A stretch of DNA of 50,383 nucleotides. Source: Candidatus Aminicenantes bacterium (GTDB lineage Bacteria > Acidobacteriota > Aminicenantia > Aminicenantales > UBA4085). Shown in pieces: positions 1 through 9,568 of the stretch. Position 1 is the first letter of the stretch, and each line of letters starts with the position of its first letter. Where the stretch lies: NCBI GenBank assembly GCA_026393865.1, contig JAPKZI010000233.1:1-50383 (forward strand). The letters are read 5' to 3'. The notes beneath the pieces were generated by a model. That model was not told the origin of the DNA and ran no database searches. It worked only from the letters and a program-made list of their open reading frames with translations. The position numbers were made by a program, and so were the translations under genes.

Positions 1-448
1 TGGGGACGCGGGCGACCTTGAGGTGTTCGAGGGCCCCGGCCGAAACTTCAGAGACACTCTCGGTCAACCCGGCGCTCCGCCGTTCGGGCAGGATGACACC
101 GTCCACCCCCGCCCCCTCGGAGCTGCGCAGGATGGCGCCCAGGTTTTGAGGATCTTCGACCTCGTCGAGCAGAACGAGAAAGGGATTCTTTGCCTCTTCC
201 AGGATGGCTTCGAGTGAGGAGAACTCCTTGGGGGCGAGCGTCGCTACGACGCCCTGATGATAAGCCGAGAGCTTGTCCAGAGCCTGTTTAGGCACGAACA
301 GATAGGGCACATGGCCGGCCTTGGCCAGGGCGACGATCTCGCCGACCGGCCGCCGGCCGCCTTCCTTTTGAAGGAGGATCTTGTTGACCCGCCGCGGTGT
401 CGAGCGGAGGATCTCCAGGAGCGGATTGATCCGGCTGATCTTGTCCAT
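1..448 (-). CDS. rlmB: 23S rRNA (Gm2251) 2'-O-methyltransferase, SpoU/TrmH family (3' end runs off window)
   Basis: Manual translation from ATG at 448 (not in ORF track): MDKISRINPLLEIL...HQGVVA...LVLLDEVEDPQNLGAILRS..GAGVDGVILPERRSAGLT..VSAGALEHLKVARV. Contains SpoU motif 1 (DPxNLGAIxR) and the RlmB HQGV motif. Confidence 0.9.
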   Translation of the reverse strand, partial: MDKISRINPLLEILRSTPRRVNKILLQKEGGRRPVGEIVALAKAGHVPYLFVPKQALDKLSAYHQGVVATLAPKEFSSLEAILEEAKNPFLVLLDEVEDPQNLGAILRSSEGAGVDGVILPERRSAGLTESVSEVSAGALEHLKVARVP

Positions 449-467
449 GGGATTCGATGATAGCACA

Positions 468-557
468 AATTTCGGTGACAGATAACTCAATCACTAATTT
501 CGCCCGTCTTTTATCGCGTGATTGAATTTGGGGATTGAGTTATCTGTCACCGAAATT
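468..557. repeat. Perfect 25-bp inverted repeat with 40-bp spacer (family D, REP-like)
   Basis: AATTTCGGTGACAGATAACTCAATC (468-492) is the exact reverse complement of 533-557. Confidence 0.9.
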
Positions 558-564
558 ATATAAT
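535..564 (+). promoter_or_regulatory. Putative sigma70 promoter for carAB
   Basis: TTGAGT (535-540), 18 nt, TATAAT (559-564). AGGAG SD at 579-583 precedes TTG at 595. Confidence 0.55.
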
Positions 565-594
565 GAGCCGGACTCGAAAGGAGTTCGCCCCCGC

Positions 595-1671
595 TTGAAA
601 GCGATCCTGGTCCTCGAAGACGGCAGCGTCTGGCCGGGCGAAGGGTTCGGCGCCTACGCCAAGGTCTCGGGGGAGGTCGTTTTCAACACGGGGATGGTCG
701 GCTACCCCGAATCCATCACCGATCCGTCCTATCACGGCCAAATCCTCTGCCAGACCTATCCCCTCATCGGCAATTACGGCGTCAGCTCCAAAAGCTTCGA
801 GTCCGACAAGCCGAAGATCTGGGGATACATCGTCAGCGAGCTGTGCGAAGTTCCCTCCCACGCGACCTCGGAGAAGACGCTCCACGAATGGCTCAAGGAG
901 AACGGCGTCCCCGTCATCGCCGGCATCGACACGCGGGCCCTGACTAAAAAGCTGCGCCTTCACGGCGTCATGCTGGGGATCCTGGAGACCTGCTATTCGA
1001 GGGCCGACATTCCCTCGCTCCGGCGTGAGGCGCGCCTCATCCCCGACCCGAACAAGCGCCATCTGGTCGCCGAGGTCACGGTCAAAAAGATCAAGGTCTA
1101 CAATAAAGAATGCAAGACGACCGTCGCCCTCATCGACTGCGGGGCCAAGCTGAACATCCTCCAGAGCCTTCTCAAGCGGAACGTCCGGGTCGTCCGCGTC
1201 CCGGCCGAGACCGAATTCGCCAAGATCATGGACCACGCCCCCGCCGGGATCGTCATATCGAACGGACCCGGCGATCCGAAGCAGTGCGCCGCGACGATCG
1301 CCACGGTCAAACGGCTCATGCGGGAGAACGTCCCGACGCTCGGCATCTGCCTCGGCAACCAGATCCTGGCCCTGGCCGCCGGCGGGAACACGTACAAGCT
1401 CAAATTCGGCCATCGCGGCCAGAACCAGCCTTGCCGGGAAGAAGGCACCAAACGCTGTTATATCACGAGCCAAAACCACGGCTTCGCCGTGGACGTCCGG
1501 AGCCTGCCCCGATCCTGGCGGCCCTGGTTCACCAACGCCAACGACGGGACCAATGAGGGCGTCCGGCACGCCGCAAAACCGTTCATGAGCGTCCAGTTCC
1601 ATCCGGAAGCGGCCCCCGGCCCGACCGACACGGAGTTTCTCTTCGATCAATTCCTGGGAATGTTGAGATGA
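595..1671 (+). CDS. carA: Carbamoyl-phosphate synthase small (glutaminase) subunit
   Basis: GEVVFNTGMVGY..TDPSY, SNGPGDP, GICLGNQ (catalytic Cys), SQNHGF, VQFHPE. Start moved from 535 to the in-frame TTG at 595 because of the SD. Confidence 0.97.
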   Translation: MKAILVLEDGSVWPGEGFGAYAKVSGEVVFNTGMVGYPESITDPSYHGQILCQTYPLIGNYGVSSKSFESDKPKIWGYIVSELCEVPSHATSEKTLHEWLKENGVPVIAGIDTRALTKKLRLHGVMLGILETCYSRADIPSLRREARLIPDPNKRHLVAEVTVKKIKVYNKECKTTVALIDCGAKLNILQSLLKRNVRVVRVPAETEFAKIMDHAPAGIVISNGPGDPKQCAATIATVKRLMRENVPTLGICLGNQILALAAGGNTYKLKFGHRGQNQPCREEGTKRCYITSQNHGFAVDVRSLPRSWRPWFTNANDGTNEGVRHAAKPFMSVQFHPEAAPGPTDTEFLFDQFLGMLR

Positions 1672-4600
1672 GGATCCCCAAGAAAATCCTCATCCTGGGC
1701 AGCGGCGCTCTCAAGATCGGGGAAGCCGGAGAATTCGATTATTCGGGCAGCCAGGCCATCAAAGCCCTCAAGGAGGACGGGATCGAGGTGGTCCTGGTCA
1801 ATCCCAACATCGCCACGATTCAGACGTCGGAATTCCTCGCCGATAAGGTCTACTTCCTGCCGGTGACGCCTCCTTTCGTCGAGCGGGTGATCGCCCGGGA
1901 GAAGCCGGACGGCATCCTCCTCTCCTTCGGCGGCCAGACCGCGCTCAACTGCGGCGTCGAGCTCTGGAAGACCGGGGTGCTGGCGAAGCGCCGCGTGGCC
2001 GTGCTCGGGACGCCGGTCGAGGCCATCGAAAACACGGAGGACAGGGAGCTGTTCAACGCCCGGCTGGCCGAGGCCGGGCTCAAATCGCCCAAGGGCGTTG
2101 CCGCGACGACCATCGAGGACGGACTGAGCATTGCCCGGGCGATCGGCTATCCGGTCATGGCCCGCGTCGCCTACGCCCTCGGAGGGAAGGGCAGCGGCCT
2201 GTCCCAGAACGAGGACGAGCTGCGGGAGCAGCTGAGAAGGGCTTTCGCCCACGCGCCGCAGGTCCTGATCGAGGAATACCTCGAGGGCTGGAAAGAAGTC
2301 GAGTACGAGGTCGTCCGCGACAGAGACGACAACTGCATCACGGTCTGCAACATGGAGAACTTCGATCCGATGGGCATCCATACGGGCGAAAGCATCGTCA
2401 TCGCCCCTTCCCAGACCCTGACCAACGCCGAATACCACCGACTCCGCGAGATCTCGATCAAGGCCGTCCGGCACCTCGGCATCGTCGGCGAATGCAACAT
2501 CCAGTTCGCCCTCAACCCGAAGGACGGCGACTACCGGATCATCGAGGTCAACGCCCGCCTGTCGCGGAGCTCCGCCCTGGCCAGCAAGGCCACGGGCTAC
2601 CCGCTGGCCTTCATCGCGGCCAAGCTCGTCCTGGGCTATCCTCTCCCCGAACTTCTCAATTCCATCACCAAAAAGACGACGGCCTGCTTCGAGCCGGCCC
2701 TGGACTACCTCGTGGTCAAAATCCCCCGCTGGGACCTGAAGAAGTTCCGGCGCGTCTCGAAGAAGATCGGCTCGGAGATGAAATCGGTCGGGGAGGTGAT
2801 GGCCATCGGCCGCAATTTCGAGGAGGCCATCCAGAAGGCGACGCGGATGCTTCAGATCGGCATGTACGGCGTCGTCGGCAACGAAAGCTATTCCTTCAAG
2901 GATCTGGAGAAAGAGCTCCGCCAGCCGACCGACGAGCGCCTCTTCGGGATCGCCGAGGCGCTCAAGAAAGGCTGGTCCATCGACAAGATCCATCAATCGA
3001 CGAAGATCGACCGCTGGTTCCTGTCGAAGATCCGGAACATCGTCACCGTGGAGAAGAAGCTCCGCGAGCACACCCTGGCGACGCTGCCCGCCGCGCACCT
3101 GGCCGAGGCCAAGCGGAAGGGATTTTCGGACAAGCAGATCGCCATCTTCTGCGGGGGGGACGAGCTCGAAGTCCGAGCCAAGAGGACCCGGCTCCGGATC
3201 ACGCCCGCGGTCAAACAGATCGATACCCTGGCCGCCGAATACCCGGCCAGGACCAACTATCTCTATCTCACCTACCACGGCCGCGAGGACGACGTCCGCT
3301 TCGGGCCGGGCGGGAACAAGGTCATGGTCCTCGGTTCGGGATCCTACAGCATCGGCTCGTCCGTCGAATTCGACTGGTGCTGCGTTTCGGCCGTCCTCGC
3401 CCTGAAAAGGCTGGGCTACAAGACGATCATGGTCAATTACAACCCGGAAACCGTGTCCACCGACTATGACATCTGCGACCGGCTCTATTTCGAGGAGCTG
3501 AGCTTCGAGCGCGTGCTCGATATTTACAAACGCGAGAATCCGCGCGGCCTCATCCTGTCCATGGGCGGCCAGATCCCCAACAACCTCGCCCTGAAGTGCT
3601 TCAAGGCGGGCCTGCGGATCCTGGGGACTTCGCCCAAATCCATCGACATGGCCGAGAACCGCTTCAAATTTTCCCGCCTGCTCGACCGGCTCGGCATCGA
3701 CCAGCCCGAGTGGCGGGAGCTGCGGAGCGTCGCGGAAGCGGAGGCTTTCGCGGGGATCGTCGGCTATCCGGTCCTCGTCCGGCCCTCCTACGTTCTGAGC
3801 GGCGCGGCGATGAGCGTCGGCTTCGACCGAAAGGATTTGGACAAGGTCCTGAAGAAAGCGTCCCGCGTCTCGCCCGAATACCCCGTCGTCATCAGCAAGT
3901 TCATCCTCAACGCGAAGGAGATCGAGATGGACGCCGTCGCCGCCGGCGGCGAGATCATCGCCTCGGCCATCGTCGAGCACGTCGAGAACGCCGGCGTCCA
4001 TTCCGGCGACGCGACCATGGTCATTCCGCCGCAAAAGACCTACATCGAGACCATGCGCAAGATCCAGGAGACCGGCCGGAAGATCGCCGCGGCCTTGAAG
4101 ATCAGCGGACCCTTCAACATCCAGTTCATCGCCAAGGACAACGAGATCAAGGTCATCGAGTGCAACTTGCGGGCCTCGCGGTCCTTCCCCTTCGTCTCCA
4201 AGGTGTCCCGGGTCGACTTCATCGGGCTGGCCGTGGAGGCCATGCTCGGCCGGCCTGTGAAAAACAGGAAATCCACGCTCGACCTCAATTACGTCGGGGT
4301 GAAGGCGCCCCAGTTCTCTTTCTCGCGGCTGAAGGGCGCGGACCCGACGCTCGGCGTGGAGATGGCCTCGACGGGCGAGGTCGCCTGCCTCGGCGAAGAC
4401 GTCCACGAGGCTTTCCTCAAATCGCTGCTCTCGGCCGGCTACTCCCTTCCCCGGCGCTCTATTCTCCTCAGCATCGGCGGCCGGATTCAAAAACACAGGT
4501 TTCTCGCCGCCGCCCGAACGCTCGCCGGGCTGGGACTGGCGCTCTACGCGACCGACGGCACGTCCGCCTTCCTCAAAGCCAACGGCGTTCTGAACACGCG

Positions 4601-4856
4601 GCTCCACAAGATCCACGAACACCGCTCTCCGAACATCCGGGACCACATCGCCGAGAGGAAGATCGACTTCGTTATCTCCACGCCCGACCCGGAGCGCAAG
4701 GCCGCCTCCCGGAGCGGTTACGAGCTCCGGCGGATGGCCGTGGATTACTCCGTGCCGCTCCTGACGAATCTCCAAGTGGCGGAGCTCTTCGTCCAGTCGC
4801 TGGCCCTCAAAAAAGCCGATGACCTGCCCATCAAGCACTGGGCGGAATATGAGTGA
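1668..4856 (+). CDS. carB: Carbamoyl-phosphate synthase large subunit
   Basis: IGEAGEFDYSGSQA, two ATP-grasp halves (IEVNARLSRSSALASKATG; IECNLRASRS), C-terminal MGS-like domain. ATGA overlap with carA. Confidence 0.98.
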   Translation: MRIPKKILILGSGALKIGEAGEFDYSGSQAIKALKEDGIEVVLVNPNIATIQTSEFLADKVYFLPVTPPFVERVIAREKPDGILLSFGGQTALNCGVELWKTGVLAKRRVAVLGTPVEAIENTEDRELFNARLAEAGLKSPKGVAATTIEDGLSIARAIGYPVMARVAYALGGKGSGLSQNEDELREQLRRAFAHAPQVLIEEYLEGWKEVEYEVVRDRDDNCITVCNMENFDPMGIHTGESIVIAPSQTLTNAEYHRLREISIKAVRHLGIVGECNIQFALNPKDGDYRIIEVNARLSRSSALASKATGYPLAFIAAKLVLGYPLPELLNSITKKTTACFEPALDYLVVKIPRWDLKKFRRVSKKIGSEMKSVGEVMAIGRNFEEAIQKATRMLQIGMYGVVGNESYSFKDLEKELRQPTDERLFGIAEALKKGWSIDKIHQSTKIDRWFLSKIRNIVTVEKKLREHTLATLPAAHLAEAKRKGFSDKQIAIFCGGDELEVRAKRTRLRITPAVKQIDTLAAEYPARTNYLYLTYHGREDDVRFGPGGNKVMVLGSGSYSIGSSVEFDWCCVSAVLALKRLGYKTIMVNYNPETVSTDYDICDRLYFEELSFERVLDIYKRENPRGLILSMGGQIPNNLALKCFKAGLRILGTSPKSIDMAENRFKFSRLLDRLGIDQPEWRELRSVAEAEAFAGIVGYPVLVRPSYVLSGAAMSVGFDRKDLDKVLKKASRVSPEYPVVISKFILNAKEIEMDAVAAGGEIIASAIVEHVENAGVHSGDATMVIPPQKTYIETMRKIQETGRKIAAALKISGPFNIQFIAKDNEIKVIECNLRASRSFPFVSKVSRVDFIGLAVEAMLGRPVKNRKSTLDLNYVGVKAPQFSFSRLKGADPTLGVEMASTGEVACLGEDVHEAFLKSLLSAGYSLPRRSILLSIGGRIQKHRFLAAARTLAGLGLALYATDGTSAFLKANGVLNTRLHKIHEHRSPNIRDHIAERKIDFVISTPDPERKAASRSGYELRRMAVDYSVPLLTNLQVAELFVQSLALKKADDLPIKHWAEYE

Positions 4857-4884
4857 AAAAAGGGGCAGATCAAACGCTGCCCCT
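4856..4884 (-). terminator. Intrinsic terminator between convergent carB and barrel gene
   Basis: Stem AGGGGCAG/CTGCCCCT with an A-tract on + (U-tract on the minus strand). Confidence 0.65.
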
Positions 4885-4893
4885 AAAGAAGCG

Positions 4894-5763
4894 TCAGAAT
4901 ATGAATCCGGCCGCGAGGCTGAGGGTCAGGCCTCCCAGGCCGGCCTCGTCTTCGAGCGGCTTGATTTTGATCGAGGTGTACTTCACCCGCGCATCGATTC
5001 CGAGGAAACTCAAACGGGCCGAAAGGCCTCCGCAGACCGCGAATCCGTAACCCCATCCATCGACCGTGCCGATGACGTTCTTTTCCTGGTACTTGCACCC
5101 GGCCCCTCCGGCTCCGACGTACGGCATGATGGACCCGGACAGGGCATGAAAGATGAGCATCGCGTCTATGGGATAGACCGTCATCGTCGTCTCATCTTGA
5201 GTCACGGTCAAGAGGCCCTTTTTATTGAAATAGCCGCCCTCCAAAGACAGATAGAACCCGCCCGCCACTCGAAACCGGATTTCTCCGCCCAAAACGGAAC
5301 CGCTCCCATAGATCGTTTTGAAGATCGCATCGCTCGGCGCGAACGACCCGTATCGGCCCAAGATCATCATCGAGGGCCGAGGACGCTGGATCCCGGCCGC
5401 GGGGGGCGGACTTGGCTGAGGCGCCGGTTTGGCCGCGACGGGGCTGACGACGGCGGCCTGTGGGACGCCCGCCGCCGGTTTGGCCGCGACGGCGTTGACG
5501 ACATCGACGACGCTGCTGTTGATGTATCCGGAGATCGTCGCCCCGCTCTCATCGGTGACCATGATCTCAAACCAATCCCCGATTTTCTGGCGCGATTCGA
5601 GCATCGTGCCGAGATTCACCTGCTTGACGATGGCGCTGGTCATGTCCGGCTCGGCCCGGACATTGGCCGCTTGAACCTTGACCTTCAACATTTTCGTTTC
5701 CTGAGCGCGCAGCCCCACGGCCGCGATGATCGACACAGCGAGGAACACGATTATTTTTCTCAT
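4894..5763 (-). CDS. Outer-membrane beta-barrel protein (OmpA/OmpW-like, ~8 strands) with N-terminal bacterial SH3 domain and Pro/Ala linker
   Basis: Signal peptide; SH3b-like ANVRAEP..GDWFEI..GYINSS; linker with a duplicated VAAKPA; amphipathic strands, PYVGAG, C-terminal Phe (BAM signal). Confidence 0.8.
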   Translation of the reverse strand: MRKIIVFLAVSIIAAVGLRAQETKMLKVKVQAANVRAEPDMTSAIVKQVNLGTMLESRQKIGDWFEIMVTDESGATISGYINSSVVDVVNAVAAKPAAGVPQAAVVSPVAAKPAPQPSPPPAAGIQRPRPSMMILGRYGSFAPSDAIFKTIYGSGSVLGGEIRFRVAGGFYLSLEGGYFNKKGLLTVTQDETTMTVYPIDAMLIFHALSGSIMPYVGAGGAGCKYQEKNVIGTVDGWGYGFAVCGGLSARLSFLGIDARVKYTSIKIKPLEDEAGLGGLTLSLAAGFIF

Positions 5764-5777
5764 GGCCTGTTCCTTAC

Positions 5778-7712
5778 CTACTTCACGACCGTGGCTTTGA
5801 CGCTTTCCACGCCGCCCTCATCGACCGACGTGACGCCATACGTCTGTTCCGTCTTGGGCGCCATCCGGTAGCGGCAAGCCCGCGTGTCGCCAGGGAGTTC
5901 GCCGAGCTGGACCCAGCTGTTTCCCACCATTTGATAAACGCGATACGCCGCGATCGTCAGCCCGGCATTCGCCGCGTTGGCCTCCCAGCTCAAGTCGATC
6001 AGGGACTCGGACTGGGTCACCGAACGGTTCGTCAGCCGGACGGCGGTCAGATTGGACGGCGGGCTGACCAGCTTGAAGTTCGCCGTCACGCTCTTGTCGC
6101 GGTCCATATGAATGATGACGGGATTCCCCTTGCCGCTGGCGTCCCCCGACCAGCCCGTTAAGGCGCAGTATTGAGCCGGCACGGCTCGAACCTCGGCATC
6201 GGCTCCGGTGCTGTGCGTATAGGCTCCGGGGACAGGAGATGTCGTCCCGAGGGAGGCGTTGTTGACGGCGATTTGGAGGGTTTTTCCGCCGAAAGAGATG
6301 TTGCAGGACATATCGACGCCCGCGCTCATGATGGTGTCGAGGTAAGCGTTCGTCAGGGAGCCGTCATAGGCGTTGCTGTTAGGGACGGTGTTCTTGTTGA
6401 ACGTCTTTCCCGGGACGTAATAATCGCCGGCGTTGGCGGCCAGGTTCTTCTCGATTTGTTCGAGGCCATCCGCCTCCATTAACCGGACAAGCTTGTGGGC
6501 GGAATAGGAATTATCGTAGAGAAAGTTATTCGAGGCGTTCAACGTGGCGTCGACGTGCCAGATAAGAAGCCCGTCGGCCGGGAGTCCCGTGTCGTTATTG
6601 ACGCGGTATCTGTTCTGGACAATGAAGAATTCCTTGAAGGGACTGGCCAGGCTGTAGTTAGGCCAGAAGATGACCGCGTCCTGATGGCTCCCCGTCGGGC
6701 GGAGAACGTAGGTCCGGCTTCCGGAGCTGCAGACTTGCGGCGTGAGCCAATCGAGGAGCATCTTGCTGAAGCCGTTATGGTCGCCGCTGGTGGCCATGAT
6801 GTCGAGGCCGCCGACCCCGCCTCTGGGTCCGACCGCGTCGTCGTAGTCATATAAATCCGGAAGGCCGATCGCATGGCCCGTCTCATGAATCATCGTCTTC
6901 GGGCTGAATGTTCCGGGATAGGGATTCGCTTCCCACTGCCAGGAATACCTCGCTCCGCTGAACTGCTTGCCGTCGAGGGTGTACGATGAGCTCCAGCCGG
7001 TGTAATAACCCCACCAGAAATTGGACCAGCCGTTATCCGGGCCCGTCCAAACAACAAGGAAATAGTCGATCACCCCATTGTTGTCGTTGTCATATTGGGA
7101 AAAGTCGTGGCCCTGACCATCAAAGTAATTCAGCGCTTCCTTGATCAGATTTTCGCGGCCTGCGGTTGTCTGGGCGACGCTGGCCCGCGTGGCGCTCGGT
7201 CTGTACCACCCCAGCGTCGATCCCAGGATCTCGAGCTGGTTGTAGGACGAGCGGCGGTAAAAGTTGCGCATACTTTCGTAGGGGTAGCCGGAGCCCCCGT
7301 CTCCAAAGACCTTGCCGTTGATCGAATCCTTGGTCTGGCTCGATGGATAATCCGAGAAATCTATGAGCAGGACGAACACTTTGTTGTTTCCCTTGTTGCG
7401 CAGTCCCGGCCTGATCCCCGACGGAAACGCCGGCAGGATGCGGTCGATCTCGGCGTCGGACAGGCCGAGCGACTTGAGGCGAAGGCGTTCGGCCCTGATC
7501 TGAAACTCTTCGAGGAGCCCCGGTTCCACTTGGTCGTTGCCCAGGGCTTTGGCGAACGCGATGCGCTGCGCCAGCGTGCCGTCGAGACGGTATCGGGCCA
7601 ACTGCTGCCTTGTCGGCGGTTCCAACGCGAACAGACCGCCCGATATCGCGAAGATGAGGGCGAGCAGGATCGGGCCATTGATTCTTGGGCTTATTCTAAG
7701 CAAGGGTTTCAT
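5778..7712 (-). CDS. Secreted M6 (immune inhibitor A-like) zinc metalloprotease + divergent InlB B-repeat + C-terminal FN3-like domain
   Basis: Signal peptide; VLLIDFSD, FYRRSSY, DFSQYDNDNNGVID, HETGHAIGLPDLYD, GLLIWHVD, LMEADG; GWSGDASG...MDRDKSVTANF repeat. Confidence 0.88.
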   Translation of the reverse strand: MKPLLRISPRINGPILLALIFAISGGLFALEPPTRQQLARYRLDGTLAQRIAFAKALGNDQVEPGLLEEFQIRAERLRLKSLGLSDAEIDRILPAFPSGIRPGLRNKGNNKVFVLLIDFSDYPSSQTKDSINGKVFGDGGSGYPYESMRNFYRRSSYNQLEILGSTLGWYRPSATRASVAQTTAGRENLIKEALNYFDGQGHDFSQYDNDNNGVIDYFLVVWTGPDNGWSNFWWGYYTGWSSSYTLDGKQFSGARYSWQWEANPYPGTFSPKTMIHETGHAIGLPDLYDYDDAVGPRGGVGGLDIMATSGDHNGFSKMLLDWLTPQVCSSGSRTYVLRPTGSHQDAVIFWPNYSLASPFKEFFIVQNRYRVNNDTGLPADGLLIWHVDATLNASNNFLYDNSYSAHKLVRLMEADGLEQIEKNLAANAGDYYVPGKTFNKNTVPNSNAYDGSLTNAYLDTIMSAGVDMSCNISFGGKTLQIAVNNASLGTTSPVPGAYTHSTGADAEVRAVPAQYCALTGWSGDASGKGNPVIIHMDRDKSVTANFKLVSPPSNLTAVRLTNRSVTQSESLIDLSWEANAANAGLTIAAYRVYQMVGNSWVQLGELPGDTRACRYRMAPKTEQTYGVTSVDEGGVESVKATVVK

Positions 7713-7884
7713 TAGACCTCCTTTAATCCGTGTTCATGATTTCATGGGAAAAGCTTCCGGCTTGTCAATGAATGGACATCGAAGTCCTGAAATGCGAATA
7801 AGAAAAATCAAGGAGCATTCAGCCACGCATTTCTTATAATCCCTTTGAGAGGAGGAAATTTTTTTGAAACGAAAAATTCCGGGC

Positions 7885-7933
7885 AAAAAAAAGGGGGCGG
7901 GAACCGAATTCTTCCGAATCCGGTTCCCGCCCC
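7885..7933 (-). terminator. Intrinsic terminator, also a family D palindrome
   Basis: GGGGCGGGAACCGAATTC-ttcc-GAATCCGGTTCCCGCCCC next to A8 (U8 on minus strand), just downstream of the 7970-8698 gene. Confidence 0.8.
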
Positions 7934-7969
7934 TGGCATTTCAGGTCTCTTTGACTCCTAAACGAATTC

Positions 7970-8698
7970 TTATCTCTTCTGGATCGCGTCCATGCTCAGC
8001 GTCGCCGTTTTGGTAAAGCCGGCGGGCACGCTATAGACGCCGGCAGGCGCGTCCTTCTTCGTGATCTCGATGACCTCGGTCGTCGAGCGCATCTTGGCGC
8101 CCATGATATCGCCGGACGTTTCGGTGGCGATCTGGAAGCCCTTGATCTTGGCCATTTCCTTGACCGAGGCCTCGTCCATCATCATCTGGCCTTTGACCAG
8201 GTTCCCCCAGATCTTGGCGTTGAAGGCGTTGGCGTCGAAGGGCACGTCGGTCGCCGCCCAGACCTTCATCTTCAAGGCGAACATGGTCATGCTCAAATTG
8301 ACGTCATAACCGGTGCAGGTCCACGAGCCGACCTTCTTGGTCTCGGTCGTCGGGGCGACGGTCGCGCTCATCTTCATCATGCCGGCGAAGGCCGCCGCTT
8401 CGGGAGGAAGGAGCTTGGACATATCGAGGGGCAGGGCCGTCTCGACGTAGGTCTTGGCTTTGGTGTTGATGATATAGCCGAGGTTCTTCTTCAGGTCGAT
8501 GATGAACGCTTGGTCGCCCCCGAGGGAGGCGAACTTATCGTCGGCGATCCATTGTTCGGTGATTCCGTCCTGGGCCGGCGTGTTCTGGCCCATGATGGAC
8601 ATCGCATCCGAATGAGTTTTGGTCTTGACGTAGACGTCCGCGCTCAAAGAGAGCGTGACGGCCAGGACCAGCACGAGGCAGGCAAAAAACTTTTTCAT
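7970..8698 (-). CDS. Exported DUF4412-like protein
   Basis: Signal peptide; IIDLKKN.GYIIN...KTYVE, TTETKKVGSWTCTGY, KVWA, EVIEITKKDAPAGVYSVPAGF. AGGAG SD. Confidence 0.7.
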   Translation of the reverse strand: MKKFFACLVLVLAVTLSLSADVYVKTKTHSDAMSIMGQNTPAQDGITEQWIADDKFASLGGDQAFIIDLKKNLGYIINTKAKTYVETALPLDMSKLLPPEAAAFAGMMKMSATVAPTTETKKVGSWTCTGYDVNLSMTMFALKMKVWAATDVPFDANAFNAKIWGNLVKGQMMMDEASVKEMAKIKGFQIATETSGDIMGAKMRSTTEVIEITKKDAPAGVYSVPAGFTKTATLSMDAIQKR

Positions 8699-8852
8699 GA
8701 CAAATTCTCCTTTATAATTTTCGTCCGATAAAGGACATTTCAGATAGAATTATTATAGCAAACTTCCCAGAATAACACAAGGCTTCCCGAGGCTGGAGCC
8801 AAAACGCGAGTCGGGTGGGTCAAGCAGCCTCGTTCCGGGCCGGTTTACGGAC

Positions 8853-8881
8853 TTGACAATTGTCGAGTAAATCTATAGAAT
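8853..8881 (+). promoter_or_regulatory. sigma70 promoter with an overlapping palindromic operator-like site
   Basis: TTGACA-17-TAGAAT; ACTTGACAATTGTCGAGT (8851-8868) is a near-perfect palindrome. Confidence 0.7.
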
Positions 8882-8929
8882 AAAGATAATCGGGTGTCCG
8901 ATAAATCAAAAAGAAAGGATGGAGATCCC

Positions 8930-9463
8930 ATGACTTTGAAAAGAATCTCAGCGATTGTGTTCGCCGTGTTATTCGTGTCTTCGCTCTCCCTCGCTCAAAC
9001 CACTGGGTGGTTCAAAAAGGGCGGGCTTTACATCACTCCCCAGATCGGCCTCAACAGCTTGAGCATCCCCCTTGGGGCGAGCGTCGAATACGGCCTGACC
9101 GAGAACATCGGCATCGGCGGAACGGTAACGACCTGGGGTTGGAATGTCGACCCTTACGGAAAATATAGGATCATTATTGTTTCCGCGGAAGCGCTATACC
9201 ATCTCACGAATCTCAAGCTCGACAAGATTGATCTCTACGGAGGAGCCGGACTGGGTTTTGGAATCAATTCCTTCTCCTTTAATAGCGGTTGGAGTTCCGA
9301 TTATTGGAGTCCCGGTGGCTCGGGCCTCGACCTGGGGATCATTATCGGTGGGCGCTATTATTTCTCGCCCAAAATGGCCATCAGCCTCAGGATCATGAAT
9401 TCTCTCATCGGAAATTGGTCGACCGTCGGCGCCGCGCTTGGCGTCACCTTCGCCGTCAAATAA
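8930..9463 (+). CDS. Small outer-membrane beta-barrel protein
   Basis: GGAG SD, signal peptide, alternating beta-strands (LGASVEYG, DLYGGAGLGF, IIGGRYYFS, GAALGVTF). Confidence 0.75.
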   Translation: MTLKRISAIVFAVLFVSSLSLAQTTGWFKKGGLYITPQIGLNSLSIPLGASVEYGLTENIGIGGTVTTWGWNVDPYGKYRIIIVSAEALYHLTNLKLDKIDLYGGAGLGFGINSFSFNSGWSSDYWSPGGSGLDLGIIIGGRYYFSPKMAISLRIMNSLIGNWSTVGAALGVTFAVK

Positions 9464-9485
9464 GCGTCCTGACCTGAAAGCGAAT

Positions 9486-9527
9486 CCGGTCCTCGCGCTC
9501 ATCATGGGCGCGGGGGCCGGTTTTTTT
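9486..9527 (+). terminator. Intrinsic terminator
   Basis: CCGGTCCTCGCGCTCA-tca-TGGGCGCGGGGGCCGG followed by T7. Confidence 0.75.
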
Positions 9528-9568
9528 ATCCTTAGACAGGGACCTGGGATTGTGGTAAAAAAATTCCA

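Noticed and set aside
1647-4838. Very long antisense ORFs (also 13789-15594, 20160-22595, 40839-42863, 42824-44797)
   Set aside because: They mirror well-supported genes on the opposite strand, as expected from GC-rich codon bias, and show no recognisable motifs.
8930-9463. Third member of the CTD-associated barrel family
   Set aside because: It lacks the PSD..FK.IYG and other shared motifs, has its own promoter and terminator, and has no adjacent CTD cargo.
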